Position numbers and translations under genes: made by a program
In this document: piece by piece, positions 53,779 to 64,000 of the stretch
Layout of the letters: each line of letters begins with the position of its first letter
How positions within the stretch are numbered: the stretch's first letter is position 1
Notes under the pieces: model-generated
The model's database searches: none
The model's input: only the letters and a program-made list of their open reading frames with translations
Told to the model about the DNA's origin: nothing
Assembly (NCBI GenBank): GCA_026416295.1
Contig: JAOAFL010000097.1
Location: 14,671-78,670 of the forward strand
DNA length: 64,000 bases
Direction of reading: 5' to 3'
From: Burkholderiales bacterium
Lineage (GTDB): Bacteria; Pseudomonadota; Gammaproteobacteria; Burkholderiales; SG8-39

Positions 53779-54963
53779 ATGAAAAAGGTTTTCGCGGCGC
53801 TCGGTGCGGCGCTCGCCGCACTCGGCGCGCAGGCGCAGACGATCCGACTGGGCGAGCTGAACAGCTACAAGGCGCAGCCGGCGTTTCTCGAGCCGTACCG
53901 CAAGGGCTGGGAGCTCGCGCTCGAGGAGATCAACGCCGCCGGCGGCGTGCTCGGGCGAAAGCTCGAGGTCGTCTCGCGCGACGACAACGGCAATCCGGGC
54001 GACGCGGTGCGCGTCGCCGAGGAGCTGGTGTCGCGCGAGAACGTCGCGCTGCTGTTCGGCACGTTCCTGTCGCACGTCGGGCTGGCGGTCGCCGACTTCG
54101 CCAAGCAGCGCCGCATCCTCTTCGTCGCCGCCGAACCGCTCACCGACAAGATCACCTGGCAGAACGGCAACCGCTACACGTTCCGGCTGCGACCCTCGAC
54201 GTACATGCAGGTGGCGATGCTCGTGCCGGAGGCGGCGAAGCTGCGGAAGAAGCGCTGGGCGGTCGTCTATCCGAACTACGAGTACGGGCAGTCGGCGGTC
54301 GCGAGCTTCAGGCAACTGCTCAAGGCGGCGCAGCCGGACGTCGAGTTCGTCGCCGAGCAGGCGCCGGCGCTCGGCCGGATCGACGCCGGCGCGGTGGTGC
54401 AGGCGCTCGCGGACGCAAAACCGGAGGCGATCTTCAACGTCACGTTCGGCGCCGACCTCGCGAAGTTCGTGCGCGAGGGCCAGACCCGCGGTCTGTTCAA
54501 GGACCGAGCGGTGTTCTCGCTGCTCACCGGCGAGCCCGAATACCTCGATCCGCTGAAGGACGAGGCGCCCGAAGGCTGGTGGGTGACCGGCTACCCGTGG
54601 TACGCGATCCAGACGAAGGAGCACGACGCGTTCCTGCGCGCCTATCAGGCCCGCTTCAAGGACTATCCCCGCCTCGGGTCGGTGGTCGGCTATGCCACCG
54701 TGCGCGCGATCGCCGACGCGATCCGCAGGGCGGGCTCGGTCGACACCGAAAAGCTGATCGCCGCGTTTCGCGGCTTGAAGACGACCACGCCCTTCGGCCC
54801 GATCGAGTTCCGCGCGATCGACCATCAGTCGACGATGGGGGCGTACGTCGGCCAGACCGCCGTGCAGCAGGGGCGCGGGGTGATGAAGAATTTCCGCTAC
54901 GTGGACGGCGCGGCGGTGATGCCGCCGGACGCCGAAGTTCGCAAGCTGCGCCCGGCCGACTGA
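53779..54963 (+). CDS. HAAT (branched-chain amino acid type) ABC transporter substrate-binding protein
   Basis: SD AAGGAGG; signal peptide; [26 protein letters not shown]. Confidence 0.9.
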   Translation: MKKVFAALGAALAALGAQAQTIRLGELNSYKAQPAFLEPYRKGWELALEEINAAGGVLGRKLEVVSRDDNGNPGDAVRVAEELVSRENVALLFGTFLSHVGLAVADFAKQRRILFVAAEPLTDKITWQNGNRYTFRLRPSTYMQVAMLVPEAAKLRKKRWAVVYPNYEYGQSAVASFRQLLKAAQPDVEFVAEQAPALGRIDAGAVVQALADAKPEAIFNVTFGADLAKFVREGQTRGLFKDRAVFSLLTGEPEYLDPLKDEAPEGWWVTGYPWYAIQTKEHDAFLRAYQARFKDYPRLGSVVGYATVRAIADAIRRAGSVDTEKLIAAFRGLKTTTPFGPIEFRAIDHQSTMGAYVGQTAVQQGRGVMKNFRYVDGAAVMPPDAEVRKLRPAD

Positions 54964-55048
54964 AGCCGCGCCGGCGCGCGCTGGCCCGGGGCCGGGCGCG
55001 CGGTGCGCGCGGCTCGGTCGGCGCGATCCCGGCGCGGCTGTGGCTCCG

Positions 55049-56938
55049 ATGCTTTCCTCGTTCGCGGTCCAGTTTCTGAACGGGCTTGCCGGCGCCTCGG
55101 CGCTCTTTCTGGTCGCGGCGGGCCTGTCGCTCATCTTCGGCGTGAGCCGCATCGTCAACTTCGCGCACGGCTCGCTCTACATGATCGGGCTCTACGTCGC
55201 CTGCACGGCCGCGCAGGCGTTCGGCAAGGGGCCGGCGGGATTCTGGGGCGCGGTGCTCGTCGCCGCGTTCGTCGGCGCGGCGCTCGGCGCGGCGATCGAG
55301 ATCGCGGTGCTGCGGCGCATCTACCGCGCGCCGGAGCTTTTCCAGCTGCTCGCCACGTTCGCGGTGGTGCTGTTGCTGCGCGATGCGGCGCTTTACCTCT
55401 GGGGGCCGGAAGACATCCTCGGGCCGAAGGCGCCGGGTCTCGAAGGCGCAATCGAGATCCTCGGTCGGGCGTTTCCCGCCTACGACCTCCTTCTGATCGC
55501 GATCGGCCCCGCGGTCCTCGCGGCGCTCTGGCTGCTCCTTGCGCGGACGCGCTTCGGCCTGCTCGTGCGCGCGGCGACGCAGGACCGGGAAATGGTCGCC
55601 GCGCTCGGCGTCGACCAGAAGTGGCTCTTCACCGGCGTGTTCGCGCTCGGCTCGGCGCTCGCGGCGCTCGGCGGCGCGCTGCAGATGCCGCGCGAGCCGG
55701 CGAACCTCGGGCTCGATCTGGTCGCGATCGGCGAGGCGTTCGTCGTGGTGGTGGTGGGCGGCATGGGCAGCATTCCGGGTGCGTATCTCGCCGCGCTGCT
55801 CATCGCCGAGATCAAGGCACTCTGCTACGGCATCGGCACGGTGAACGTCCTCGGCACGAGCGTCGCGTTCTCGAAGCTCACGCTCGTCGCCGAGTTCCTC
55901 GTGATGGCCGCGGTGCTCGTCTGGCGGCCGTGGGGGCTGCTCGGGCGCGCGCAGGCCGCGGTGCGCGCGCCCGGCCCGCCCGAGCCGCCGCTTCGGCCGA
56001 TCGGGCGGGGGGCGAGCGTCGCGCTCGCCGCTCTCGTCGTCGCGCTCGCGTTCCTGCCCCTTGCCGCGCGCGGCTATCCGTACCTCACGGTGCTCGCGAT
56101 CGACATCCTGATCGCGGTGCTGTTTGCCGCGAGCCTTCACTTCATCATGGGGCCGGGGGGCATGCCTTCGTTCGGGCACGCGGCGTATTTCGGTCTGGGC
56201 GCCTACGGCGCCGCGCTGCTCGTGAAGGGTCTGGGTGCGCCGATGGAGGCGGCGCTTCTCCTTGCGCCGCTTGCGGCGCTCGCGGGCGCGCTCGTCTTCG
56301 GCTGGTTCGCCGTGCGCCTCTCGGGGGTGTACCTCGCGATGCTCACGCTCGCGTTCGCGCAGATCGTCTGGTCGGCGGTCTTTCAGTGGGACGAGGTGAC
56401 CGGCGGCAGCAACGGCCTGGTGGGCATCTGGCCCTCGGCGCGTTTCGCCGACAGGAGCGCGTACTACCTGCTCACGCTCGCGATCGTGGTCGCGGGCCTT
56501 GCGCTGCTGCGGCGCGTCGCGCTCTCGCCCTTCGGCTACGCGATGCGCGCCGGGCGCGACTCGCCGCTGCGCGCCGAGGCCTCGGGCATTCCGGTCGCGC
56601 GCGTGCACTGGGTCGGCTTCGCGCTTGCGGGACTCGCCTGCGGTTACGCGGGCGCGCTGTTCGCGTTCGCAAAGGGCACGATCTCGCCGGAGACGATTTC
56701 GGTCGGCCGATCGATCGACGCGCTGGTGATGGTGCTCCTCGGGGGCGTGCAGTCGCTCGCCGGGCCGATCGTCGGCGCGGCGACCTACACCTCGCTCGCC
56801 GACACGATCATGCGCGCGACCGACTACTGGCGCGCGCTGCTCGGCCTTGCGATCCTCGCGCTCGTGCAGCTCTTTCCGCAGGGGCTTGCGGGCGGTGCGG
56901 CGCGCCTTGCGGCGCGGCTGCGGGAGCGCGCGCGGTGA
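55049..56938 (+). CDS. Fused LivH/LivM-type ABC permease
   Basis: GLSLIFGVSRIVNFAHG and VVGGMGS (LivH half); SFGHAAYFG, GVYLAMLTLAFAQ, TGGSNG (LivM half). Confidence 0.9.
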   Translation: MLSSFAVQFLNGLAGASALFLVAAGLSLIFGVSRIVNFAHGSLYMIGLYVACTAAQAFGKGPAGFWGAVLVAAFVGAALGAAIEIAVLRRIYRAPELFQLLATFAVVLLLRDAALYLWGPEDILGPKAPGLEGAIEILGRAFPAYDLLLIAIGPAVLAALWLLLARTRFGLLVRAATQDREMVAALGVDQKWLFTGVFALGSALAALGGALQMPREPANLGLDLVAIGEAFVVVVVGGMGSIPGAYLAALLIAEIKALCYGIGTVNVLGTSVAFSKLTLVAEFLVMAAVLVWRPWGLLGRAQAAVRAPGPPEPPLRPIGRGASVALAALVVALAFLPLAARGYPYLTVLAIDILIAVLFAASLHFIMGPGGMPSFGHAAYFGLGAYGAALLVKGLGAPMEAALLLAPLAALAGALVFGWFAVRLSGVYLAMLTLAFAQIVWSAVFQWDEVTGGSNGLVGIWPSARFADRSAYYLLTLAIVVAGLALLRRVALSPFGYAMRAGRDSPLRAEASGIPVARVHWVGFALAGLACGYAGALFAFAKGTISPETISVGRSIDALVMVLLGGVQSLAGPIVGAATYTSLADTIMRATDYWRALLGLAILALVQLFPQGLAGGAARLAARLRERAR

Positions 56939-57702
56939 GGCCGCTCCTCGAAGTGGCGAACCTCGCCAAGGCGTTCGGCGGCCTCGTCGCGGTCGACGAC
57001 GTGAGCTTTTCGCTCGCGCGCGGCGAGCTCCTCGCCCTGATCGGCCCGAACGGGGCCGGAAAGTCCACCTGCTTCAATCTGATCAGCGGGCAGCTTGCGC
57101 CGGATGCCGGCAGCGTCCGGCTCGAGGGCCGCGCGATCACGGGGCTTTCCCCGCGGCGCATCGGGCGGCTCGGCGTGGGCCGCACGTTCCAGGTCGCCGC
57201 GACGTTCGCGTCGATGACGGTCGCGGAAAACGTGCAGACGGCGATCCTCGCGCGCGAGCGGCGCGTGTTCGACGTTTTCTCGCGCGCAGCGCGCGCGCAC
57301 CGCACCGAGGCGCTCGCGTTGCTTGCCGAGGTGGGACTCGCCGAGCGGGCGGATGCGCCGGCGAGCACGCTCGCCTACGGCGACGCAAAGGCGCTCGAGC
57401 TCGCGATCGCGCTCGCGCAGCGGCCGCGGCTGCTCCTGATGGACGAGCCGACCGCCGGCATGGCGCCGGGCGAGCGCGGGGCGCTGATGGCGCTCGCGCG
57501 GCGGCTCGTGCGCGAGCGCGGCCTCGGGGTGCTCTTTACCGAGCACAGCATGGACGTCGTGTTCGCGCACGCCGATCGCATCCTCGTGATGGCGCGCGGG
57601 CGGTTGATCGCGCAAGGTCCGCCCGCGCAGATCCGCGCGGACGCGCGCGTGCACGAGGTCTATTTCGGCAGCGGCCGGCTGCTCGCTTCGCCCGCGGGGT
57701 GA
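56935..57702 (+). CDS. ABC ATP-binding protein (LivG-like)
   Basis: GPNGAGKS, RTFQ, LAYG, MDEPTAG, EHSMD; GTG overlaps the upstream stop. Confidence 0.92.
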   Translation: MRPLLEVANLAKAFGGLVAVDDVSFSLARGELLALIGPNGAGKSTCFNLISGQLAPDAGSVRLEGRAITGLSPRRIGRLGVGRTFQVAATFASMTVAENVQTAILARERRVFDVFSRAARAHRTEALALLAEVGLAERADAPASTLAYGDAKALELAIALAQRPRLLLMDEPTAGMAPGERGALMALARRLVRERGLGVLFTEHSMDVVFAHADRILVMARGRLIAQGPPAQIRADARVHEVYFGSGRLLASPAG

Positions 57703-58439
57703 GCGCGATGCGCGGCGATTCGGGCGATGCGCCGCCGCTTCTTTCGGTGCGCGGGCTCGACGCCTGGTACGGGCGCGCGCAGATCCTCTTCGACGTCGCG
57801 CTCGAGGTGCGCGCCGGCGAAGCGGTGGCGCTCATGGGCCGAAACGGCGCCGGAAAGAGCACGACGCTCAAGGCGATCATGGGGCTCGTGCCCGCGCGCC
57901 GCGGTGCGATCGCGTTCGACGGCCGCCGGATCGAGCGCTTCGAACCCTACGAGATCGCGCGCGCCGGCGTCGGCTACGTGCCCGAGGACCGGCGCATCTT
58001 CGCCGACCTCACGGTGCGGGAAAACCTCGAAGTCGGCCGCCGGCCGCCGCGGCCGGGCGCGCCCGTCTGGACGCTCGAGCGAATTCTCGCGCTCTTTCCC
58101 GCCCTGCGCGAGCTGCTCGATCGGCCGGGCGGGCGCACGAGCGGCGGCGAACAGCAGATGCTGACCGTCGCGCGCACGCTGATGGGCAATCCCCGGCTGC
58201 TGCTCCTTGACGAGCCTTCGGAAGGCGTCGCGCCGATCGTCGTCGAACGCATGGCGGCGGCGATCGAGGCGCTGAAGGCCGAGGGGCTCGCGTTGCTCGT
58301 CTCGGAGCAGAACCTGCCGTTCGTCGCCGAGGTCTGCGACCGGGTGTACGTGCTCGAGAGAGGCGAGGTGCGCTACAGCGGCGCGATGCGCGACTTCGTC
58401 GCCGACGAGGCGGCGCGCCGCGCGTACCTGACGGTGTGA
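57699..58439 (+). CDS. ABC ATP-binding protein (LivF-like)
   Basis: GRNGAGKST, YVPEDRRIF, SGGEQQML, LDEPSEG, EQN. Start GTG 57699 or ATG 57708. Confidence 0.92.
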   Translation: MSAMRGDSGDAPPLLSVRGLDAWYGRAQILFDVALEVRAGEAVALMGRNGAGKSTTLKAIMGLVPARRGAIAFDGRRIERFEPYEIARAGVGYVPEDRRIFADLTVRENLEVGRRPPRPGAPVWTLERILALFPALRELLDRPGGRTSGGEQQMLTVARTLMGNPRLLLLDEPSEGVAPIVVERMAAAIEALKAEGLALLVSEQNLPFVAEVCDRVYVLERGEVRYSGAMRDFVADEAARRAYLTV

Positions 58440-58479
58440 CGCAAAAGGCAGGCCGCGCGACGCGCGGCGACGGCCGCCG

Positions 58480-60531
58480 TCAGCGCACCACCTTGAACAG
58501 GTTGTTGAAGCTGTCGGTCCAGGGCGCAAGGCCCGGGATGTCCTCGATCTCGACCGCGTCGGCGAAGCGCTTGTCCGCGAGCAGCAGCTCGTTCTCGGTC
58601 ACCAGCACGTAGGACGTGCCCGAGTACTTGTCCTCGGTCGGATCGTCCTCGACGAGGATCGCCTTCATGCCCTCGGCCTCGGCGACGAGCTTCACCAGCG
58701 GCGCGAGCTTCACGAACCGGTTGGTGACGTTGTAGACGATCACGCCGCCGGGGGCGAGATGGCGCCGATAGACGCGCAGCGCCTCCCGCGTGAGCAGGTG
58801 AATCGGGATCGAGCCGCTCGAGAAGGCGTCCACCGACAGCAGGTCGAAGCGCTGCGGCGGCTCGCGTTCGAGGTTGAGCCGACCGTCGCCGGTGACGACG
58901 TCGATCCTCGCCTTGGAGTCGCGCAGATACCAGAAGTACTCGCGCGCGATGCGCACCACCTCGGGGTCGAGCTCGTAGATGCGGAAGTAATCGCCCGGCT
59001 GCGCCCACGCGGTGAACACGCCGACGCCGAGGCCGACGACGCCGACGCGCCGCGGCCGGCCGTTGTAGAAGTCGAGCGCGCGCGCGATCCCCGAGGTCGG
59101 GCCGAAGTAGCTGATCGGCTCGGCGCGCAGCTTCGGGTCGGTGTACTGCCAGCCGTGGTTGATGACGCCGTGCACGAGGCTCCGCGTGGTGTGCGCATCG
59201 CCCCTTTCGGTTTCCTTCACGCGCAGCGTGCCGTAGAAGTTGCGCGTGACGAGCACCGCGTTCGCGCGCACGTAGCGCAGGTACTCCCACGAGAACCACG
59301 CGACCGTCGCGCTCACCGCGAGCGCGATCGCCGGCGTGACGACCGCGATCGCGCGCCGGGCGATCGCCCAGCGCGTCGGCCAGGTGAGCCAGGCGGCGAG
59401 CAGCCCGCAGGCGACGAGCGCGAGCGGCAGCTCGAGGTAGAAATCGAACACGCGCGGCGCGACCAGGCCGACGAACAGGCCGCCGGCGGCGCCGCCGAGC
59501 GACACCATGAGGTAGAAGCGCGTGAGGTACTTCGGTGCCGGGCGCATCGCGGCCAGTTCCCCGTGGCAGAACATGCACGCGGCGAACAGGCCCGCGCTGT
59601 AGAGCGCGATCGAGGCGCGGATGTTCATGACACCGAGGTTCTCGTAGAGGAAATACGCCATCGCGACGAGCGCGGCGAAGAGCAGCGGCAGCCCCCAGGC
59701 GCGCGAGTACCAGCCGCTCACGCCGCGGCGCGCGGTGACGTCGAAGACGAGGATGAAGGAAAGGAGGTAGAGCACGAGCGGCAGGATCCAGATGAACGGC
59801 ACCGACGCGATGTTCTGCGTGATGTGCGTCGTGACGGCGAGGAGCAGCAGCGAGCCGAGCGCAGAGAGCGCGAACCACAGCAGGTAATCGAGCGCGCGCG
59901 GCGGGCGCGCGGGCGACGCGGTCTCGACCGGCGCGGCCGCGGCCGGCGCCTCGTCGCGTGCGGCCTTCCACGCCGCCGCGGCGCACAGCGCGGCGAACAC
60001 CGCGTAGAGCGCGCTCCAGCCCCACGCCTGTGCCTCGATCGAGACGAGCGGCTCGATCACCGGCGGGTAGCCGACGAGCGCGACGAGCGAGGCGAGGTTC
60101 GACAGCGCAAACAGCCGGTACACCCTGCCGCGCGGAAACGTGCGCGCGAACCACGCCTGGACGAGCGGCCCGGTGGTCGAAAGGAGAAAGTAGGGCAGCC
60201 CGATCGTCGCGGCGAGCAGCAGCAGGATGCGCGCGCTCGGCTCGGTGTCCGGCTGCGGCTTCCAGGATTCGGCCGCGAGGATCGGCAGAAAGGCGAGGCT
60301 TGCGGCAAGGAGCGCCGTGTGCATGAGCGCCTGCGCGCGCGGGCGCAGCAGCCGCGTCACCGCGTCCGAGTACGCGTAGCCGGCGAGCAGCACCACCTGG
60401 AAGAACACCATGCAGGTGGTCCAGACGGCGGCGGTTCCGCCGAACCACGGCAGGATCTGCTTGGCGATGATCGGCTGCACGAGAAAGAGCAGGAACGCGC
60501 TCGTGAAGACCGTGGCGGCGAAAAGCAGCAT
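58480..60531 (-). CDS. Fused membrane domain / spermidine-synthase-like SAM-dependent protein
   Basis: SAFLLFLVQP, CHGEL, RNFYG, HGVINHG, VVGLGVG, YELDP, GDGRL, DAFSS, WTDSF. Confidence 0.88.
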   Translation of the reverse strand: MLLFAATVFTSAFLLFLVQPIIAKQILPWFGGTAAVWTTCMVFFQVVLLAGYAYSDAVTRLLRPRAQALMHTALLAASLAFLPILAAESWKPQPDTEPSARILLLLAATIGLPYFLLSTTGPLVQAWFARTFPRGRVYRLFALSNLASLVALVGYPPVIEPLVSIEAQAWGWSALYAVFAALCAAAAWKAARDEAPAAAAPVETASPARPPRALDYLLWFALSALGSLLLLAVTTHITQNIASVPFIWILPLVLYLLSFILVFDVTARRGVSGWYSRAWGLPLLFAALVAMAYFLYENLGVMNIRASIALYSAGLFAACMFCHGELAAMRPAPKYLTRFYLMVSLGGAAGGLFVGLVAPRVFDFYLELPLALVACGLLAAWLTWPTRWAIARRAIAVVTPAIALAVSATVAWFSWEYLRYVRANAVLVTRNFYGTLRVKETERGDAHTTRSLVHGVINHGWQYTDPKLRAEPISYFGPTSGIARALDFYNGRPRRVGVVGLGVGVFTAWAQPGDYFRIYELDPEVVRIAREYFWYLRDSKARIDVVTGDGRLNLEREPPQRFDLLSVDAFSSGSIPIHLLTREALRVYRRHLAPGGVIVYNVTNRFVKLAPLVKLVAEAEGMKAILVEDDPTEDKYSGTSYVLVTENELLLADKRFADAVEIEDIPGLAPWTDSFNNLFKVVR

Positions 60532-60788
60532 CGGCGGCTCGCGAAAATCCCGGATTATCCTCGATTCAGCGGGCGCACGACGGCGCCCGCGCGCTCGCGG
60601 GCGGTAGCCCGATGTACCCTCGGCCCGCGCCCGTCGGCAGGGCGAAATCGCCCGATGCCGTGCATTAACGCGCACCGGCGCCGTCCGGCCGACATGCGGC
60701 CGCGTGCGCGGCGGCGCGTTCGGGCGTACGCCGCCGCGCGGCCACCGAATCTGCGGGCCGGTGGCGCCGCTGGTAGACTGCGCGCGCG

Positions 60789-61595
60789 ATGAGCGCGCCC
60801 GACGATCCGCTGGTCGAGATTTCCGACCTTCGCTTCTCGTACAACGACGTTCCGGTGCTGCGCGGGCTCTCGCTTTCGATTCCGCGCGGCAAGGTGGTCG
60901 CGATTCTCGGCGGGTCCGGGAGCGGAAAGTCGACGCTCCTCAAGCTGATCGGGGGGCAGCTCGAGCCCGCGCGCGGCTGGGTGCGCGTCGCCGGCCGCAT
61001 CGTGCACAAGCTGCCGACCGGCGAGCTGTACGCGCTGCGGCGCAAGATGGGCATGATGTTCCAGGTCTCGGGCCTGTTCAGCGACCTTTCGGTGTACGAG
61101 AACGTCGCGTTCCCGATCCGCGAGCACTACCGGCTGCCCGAGGCGCTCGTGCGGCCGCTCGTGCTGATGAAGCTGGACGCGGTCGGGCTGCGCGGGGCGC
61201 GCGACATGATGCCGGGGGACCTCTCGGGCGGCATGGCACGGCGCGTCGCGCTCGCGCGCGCGATCGCGACCGATCCGCTTCTCGTCATGTACGACGAACC
61301 CTTCGGCGGCCTCGATCCGATCTCGCTCAACCAGATCGCGCAGCTCATCCGGCGACTGAACGACGCGCTCGGGCTCACTTCGATCGTCGTGACCTACGAC
61401 GTCTCGGAGTCGCTGAAACTCGTCGACTACCTCTACGTCATCGCCGAGGGGCGCCTTGCGGGCGAGGGCGCGCCCGAGGCGCTGCTCGCCTCCGACGACC
61501 CGTACCTGCGCCAGTTTCTGCACGCGCTGCCCGACGGCCCGGTGCGCTTTCACTACCCTGCGCCGCCGCTCGCCGAGACGCTGCGGCTCGCCTGA
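60789..61595 (+). CDS. MlaF/Ttg2A-like ABC ATP-binding protein
   Basis: GGSGSGKST, LFSDLSVYENVAFPIREH, LSGGMARRVALARA, YDEPFGGLDP, DGPVRFHYP. Confidence 0.88.
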   Translation: MSAPDDPLVEISDLRFSYNDVPVLRGLSLSIPRGKVVAILGGSGSGKSTLLKLIGGQLEPARGWVRVAGRIVHKLPTGELYALRRKMGMMFQVSGLFSDLSVYENVAFPIREHYRLPEALVRPLVLMKLDAVGLRGARDMMPGDLSGGMARRVALARAIATDPLLVMYDEPFGGLDPISLNQIAQLIRRLNDALGLTSIVVTYDVSESLKLVDYLYVIAEGRLAGEGAPEALLASDDPYLRQFLHALPDGPVRFHYPAPPLAETLRLA

Positions 61596-61625
61596 GGCCG
61601 GCCGCGCGAGGCGCGCTCGCCGCCC

Positions 61626-62177
61626 TCAGGGCTTGAGCGGGACGAAGCGCAGCGCGACGCCGTTATTGCAGTAGCGCAGGCGCGTGGGCGGCGGGCCGTC
61701 GTCGAAGACGTGGCCGTGGTGCCCGCCGCAGCGGATGCAGTGGTACTCGGTGCGCGGATAGATCAGGTAGTAGTCCTTCTTCGTGCCGAACACGCCCGGG
61801 ATCGCGGTGAAGAAAGACGGCCAGCCGGTGCCGCTGTCGTACTTCATCGCCGAGGTGAAAAGCGGCAGGTCGCAGCCGGCGCAGACGAAGACGCCGGGGC
61901 GCTTCTCGTCGTTCAGCGGGCTCGTGAACGGCCGCTCGGTGCCTTCCTCGCGCAGCACGTGAAACGCCGCCGGCGACAGGCGCTTGCGCCATTCCTCCTT
62001 CGTGAGCTCGAGCTTCTGCGACGGATCGGGCACCGGCGTGCCCGGCGCGAGCAGGCTCTTCCAGTTCTTCTGCAGCGCCTCGATGTCCTTCATGGTCCTC
62101 GGCTGAGCGCGCGCCCGTTCGAGCCGCGCGGCGAGCGGCGCCGCGACGGCCGCAAGAATCAGGCTGCGGCGCTTCAT
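61626..62177 (-). CDS. msrB: Peptide-methionine (R)-S-oxide reductase with putative Tat signal
   Basis: SD AGGAGG; MKRRSLILAA; GTERPF, CAGC, KYDSGTGWPSF, CIRCGGHHGHVF, RYCNNG. Confidence 0.93.
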   Translation of the reverse strand: MKRRSLILAAVAAPLAARLERARAQPRTMKDIEALQKNWKSLLAPGTPVPDPSQKLELTKEEWRKRLSPAAFHVLREEGTERPFTSPLNDEKRPGVFVCAGCDLPLFTSAMKYDSGTGWPSFFTAIPGVFGTKKDYYLIYPRTEYHCIRCGGHHGHVFDDGPPPTRLRYCNNGVALRFVPLKP

Positions 62178-62269
62178 TCCGGCCTCCTTTTCGCGAAACG
62201 GGGCGCCCGCGCGCGCCGGTCGCACCCCGAGGCCGGCTAATCTATCATCCTTCGCGAGGAGGAAAACCC

Positions 62270-63235
62270 ATGACGCGCGTGCTGGCAGCGGTCGCGGCGG
62301 GCGTTCTCGGCGCCGCGGCGTTCGCGCAGGACTATCCGAGCCGTCCGATCACCATGGTGGTCGCGTTCCCGCCCGGCGGCGTCGCCGACATCGTCGGCCG
62401 CCCGCTCGCCGCGGCGATGGAAAAATCGCTCAAGCAGCCGGTGCTCGTCGTCAACCGCCCGGGCGCGGGCGGGGCGACCGGCACCGCGTCGGTCGCCAAG
62501 GCGCCCCCCGACGGCTACACCATCCTGATGACGCTTTCGTCGATCTCGATCTTTCCGGTCGCCGACCGGCTGCACGGCCGCGCGCCTGCCTACGAGCTGA
62601 AGGATTTCGCGCCGATCGCGCTCGTCACCGCCGACCCCACGGTGCTCGTCGTGCGCGCCGACGGCCCGTACAAGACGCTCAAGGATTTCGTCGATGCGGC
62701 GAAAGCGAACCCCGGCAAGATCAACTACGCCTCCTCGGGCGTCTACGGCACGCTGCACGTGGCGATGGAGATCTTCGCGCACGCCGCGGGCATCAGGCTT
62801 TTTCACGTGCCGTACCAGGGCGGCGGGCCGGCGGTGACGGCGCTTCTTGCCGGCCAGGTCGAGGCGCTCGCCTCCGGGCCGGCGGCGGCGATCGGCCACA
62901 TCCGCGCGGGCAAGATGCGCGCGCTCGCCGCCTGGAGCGACAAGCGCATCCCGATGATGCCGGAGCTTCCGACGTTCAAGGAGCTCGGCTACGACGCCGA
63001 GTTCTACATCTGGTCGGGCGTGGTCGCGCCGGCGGCAACGCCCGCGCCGGTGCTCGCGCGCCTGCGCGAGGCGGTGCGCGAGGCGGTGCATTCGGCGGAT
63101 TTCCGCGCGGCGATGGACAAGGTCGCCACCCCGATCGCGTATCTCGATGCGCCCGAGTTCCAGCGCTACTGGGAGCGCGACGCCGCGCGGCTCGCCGCCG
63201 CGCTGGAAAAGATCGGCCGCGTCGAGGAAAAGTGA
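62270..63235 (+). CDS. Bug/TctC substrate-binding protein
   Basis: SD GAGGAGG; AFPPGGVAD, NRPGAGG, PDGYT, HVPYQGG. Confidence 0.93.
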   Translation: MTRVLAAVAAGVLGAAAFAQDYPSRPITMVVAFPPGGVADIVGRPLAAAMEKSLKQPVLVVNRPGAGGATGTASVAKAPPDGYTILMTLSSISIFPVADRLHGRAPAYELKDFAPIALVTADPTVLVVRADGPYKTLKDFVDAAKANPGKINYASSGVYGTLHVAMEIFAHAAGIRLFHVPYQGGGPAVTALLAGQVEALASGPAAAIGHIRAGKMRALAAWSDKRIPMMPELPTFKELGYDAEFYIWSGVVAPAATPAPVLARLREAVREAVHSADFRAAMDKVATPIAYLDAPEFQRYWERDAARLAAALEKIGRVEEK

Positions 63236-63236
63236 G

Positions 63237-63914
63237 TCAGCCGCGGCGCGCACCGCGCGCGGCGAAACGCGAGCCCTTCGGCGCGCCGTACTGAAGCAGC
63301 CTGCTCGCGCGGCGCTCGAACGGGTCGCGGGGGGCGAGCGTTCGCGCCTGCGCGGGGCTGAGCAGCCGGAAGTGGCGCACGCGGTCGAGCGCGCCGGCGA
63401 CCTTCCAGGCGCCGTCCTCGCCGCTCACCCAGTCGCGCGGATCGAACCGCCGCAGGTCGAACGGCAGCGAGTAGCGCCGCAGCGTCTTCTCGTGCCGCGC
63501 GTTGTAGTACTCGTGAAAGTACGACATCGCCAGCTCCCGCAGCGAGCGGTACACCGGGTCGCGCCAGCGCAGTCCCACGCCGTTCGTCTTCGAGATCGCG
63601 CCCCAGCAGCCGTTGCGCCGGAAAAGCGCCACCACATGGTCGTAGTCGCGCACCGCGGCCAGATCGAGGAGCAGCGGCGGCTCGCCGTGGATCCAGAGCG
63701 CGCACGCGGCGACGAGCGCCCCCTCGATGCAGTGCGCGCGCCGCTCGCGCAGCACCTGGCGCACCGAAAGGCAGGTGTCGCCGTCGCGCTCGAAGTTGAG
63801 CGGCAGCTCGTAGAGGAAGCGCTGGATTTTCTCCGGGGTATTCAGCCGGGCGAGCTCGGCGTATTCGTCGCGCTCGAGCCCGAGCCGCTCCCGCGTGGCG
63901 TGCCTTGCTCGCAT
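63237..63914 (-). CDS. Conserved hypothetical protein, transglutaminase-like (Cys/His)
   Basis: TPEKIQRFL, AHCIEGALVAA, DHVVALF, WGAISKTN, LAMSYFHEY. Start ATG 63914 assumed. Confidence 0.65.
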   Translation of the reverse strand: MRARHATRERLGLERDEYAELARLNTPEKIQRFLYELPLNFERDGDTCLSVRQVLRERRAHCIEGALVAACALWIHGEPPLLLDLAAVRDYDHVVALFRRNGCWGAISKTNGVGLRWRDPVYRSLRELAMSYFHEYYNARHEKTLRRYSLPFDLRRFDPRDWVSGEDGAWKVAGALDRVRHFRLLSPAQARTLAPRDPFERRASRLLQYGAPKGSRFAARGARRG

Positions 63915-64000
63915 CTTCTCGCGGCAGAGTGTAGCTAAAATCGTCCGGTGGACCACTGGCGGCGGATCGAGGCGGCGATCGCGGGCGAAGCCGCCGACCG

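Overview
A very GC-rich (visually about 70% or more) bacterial chromosomal window. Gene content and order (nrdAB, maeB, rsgA-M48 peptidase-orn, rpmE2-rho-trxA, addBA, three Bug/TctC receptors, a PhaM-like protein) suggest a Betaproteobacterium/Burkholderiales-like organism (inference). About 60 CDS are supported, mostly housekeeping, stress and transport genes. No rRNA, tRNA, CRISPR array, transposase or integrase was recognised. Most long ORFs in the supplied track are GC-driven shadow frames; the real starts were re-derived by hand. Highlights: (1) a non-respiratory (catabolic, NpRdhA-type) cobalamin/2x[4Fe-4S] reductive dehalogenase at 42333-44417, hidden at the end of a 1768-aa track ORF and surrounded by Bug receptors, an HCCA-isomerase/GST-kappa protein, an orphan Mo-hydroxylase large subunit and dehydrogenases; (2) an antisense peroxiredoxin-like gene inserted exactly at the addB/addA junction, flanked by a 7-bp direct repeat, with a 188-aa sense-strand 'bridge' ORF that overlaps the addB stop and the addA start and could preserve translational coupling; (3) a roughly 220-nt structured leader with a PhaR-like palindrome upstream of a lytic transglycosylase, plus a second structured element next to it; (4) a recurring TANNNT box 5-10 nt before SD-less start codons, suggesting frequent leaderless mRNAs; (5) a small secreted two-repeat protein inside a metal/peroxide stress cluster; (6) a pirin gene frameshifted in a G5 run. 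All product calls come from motif recognition by eye; no database search was run.
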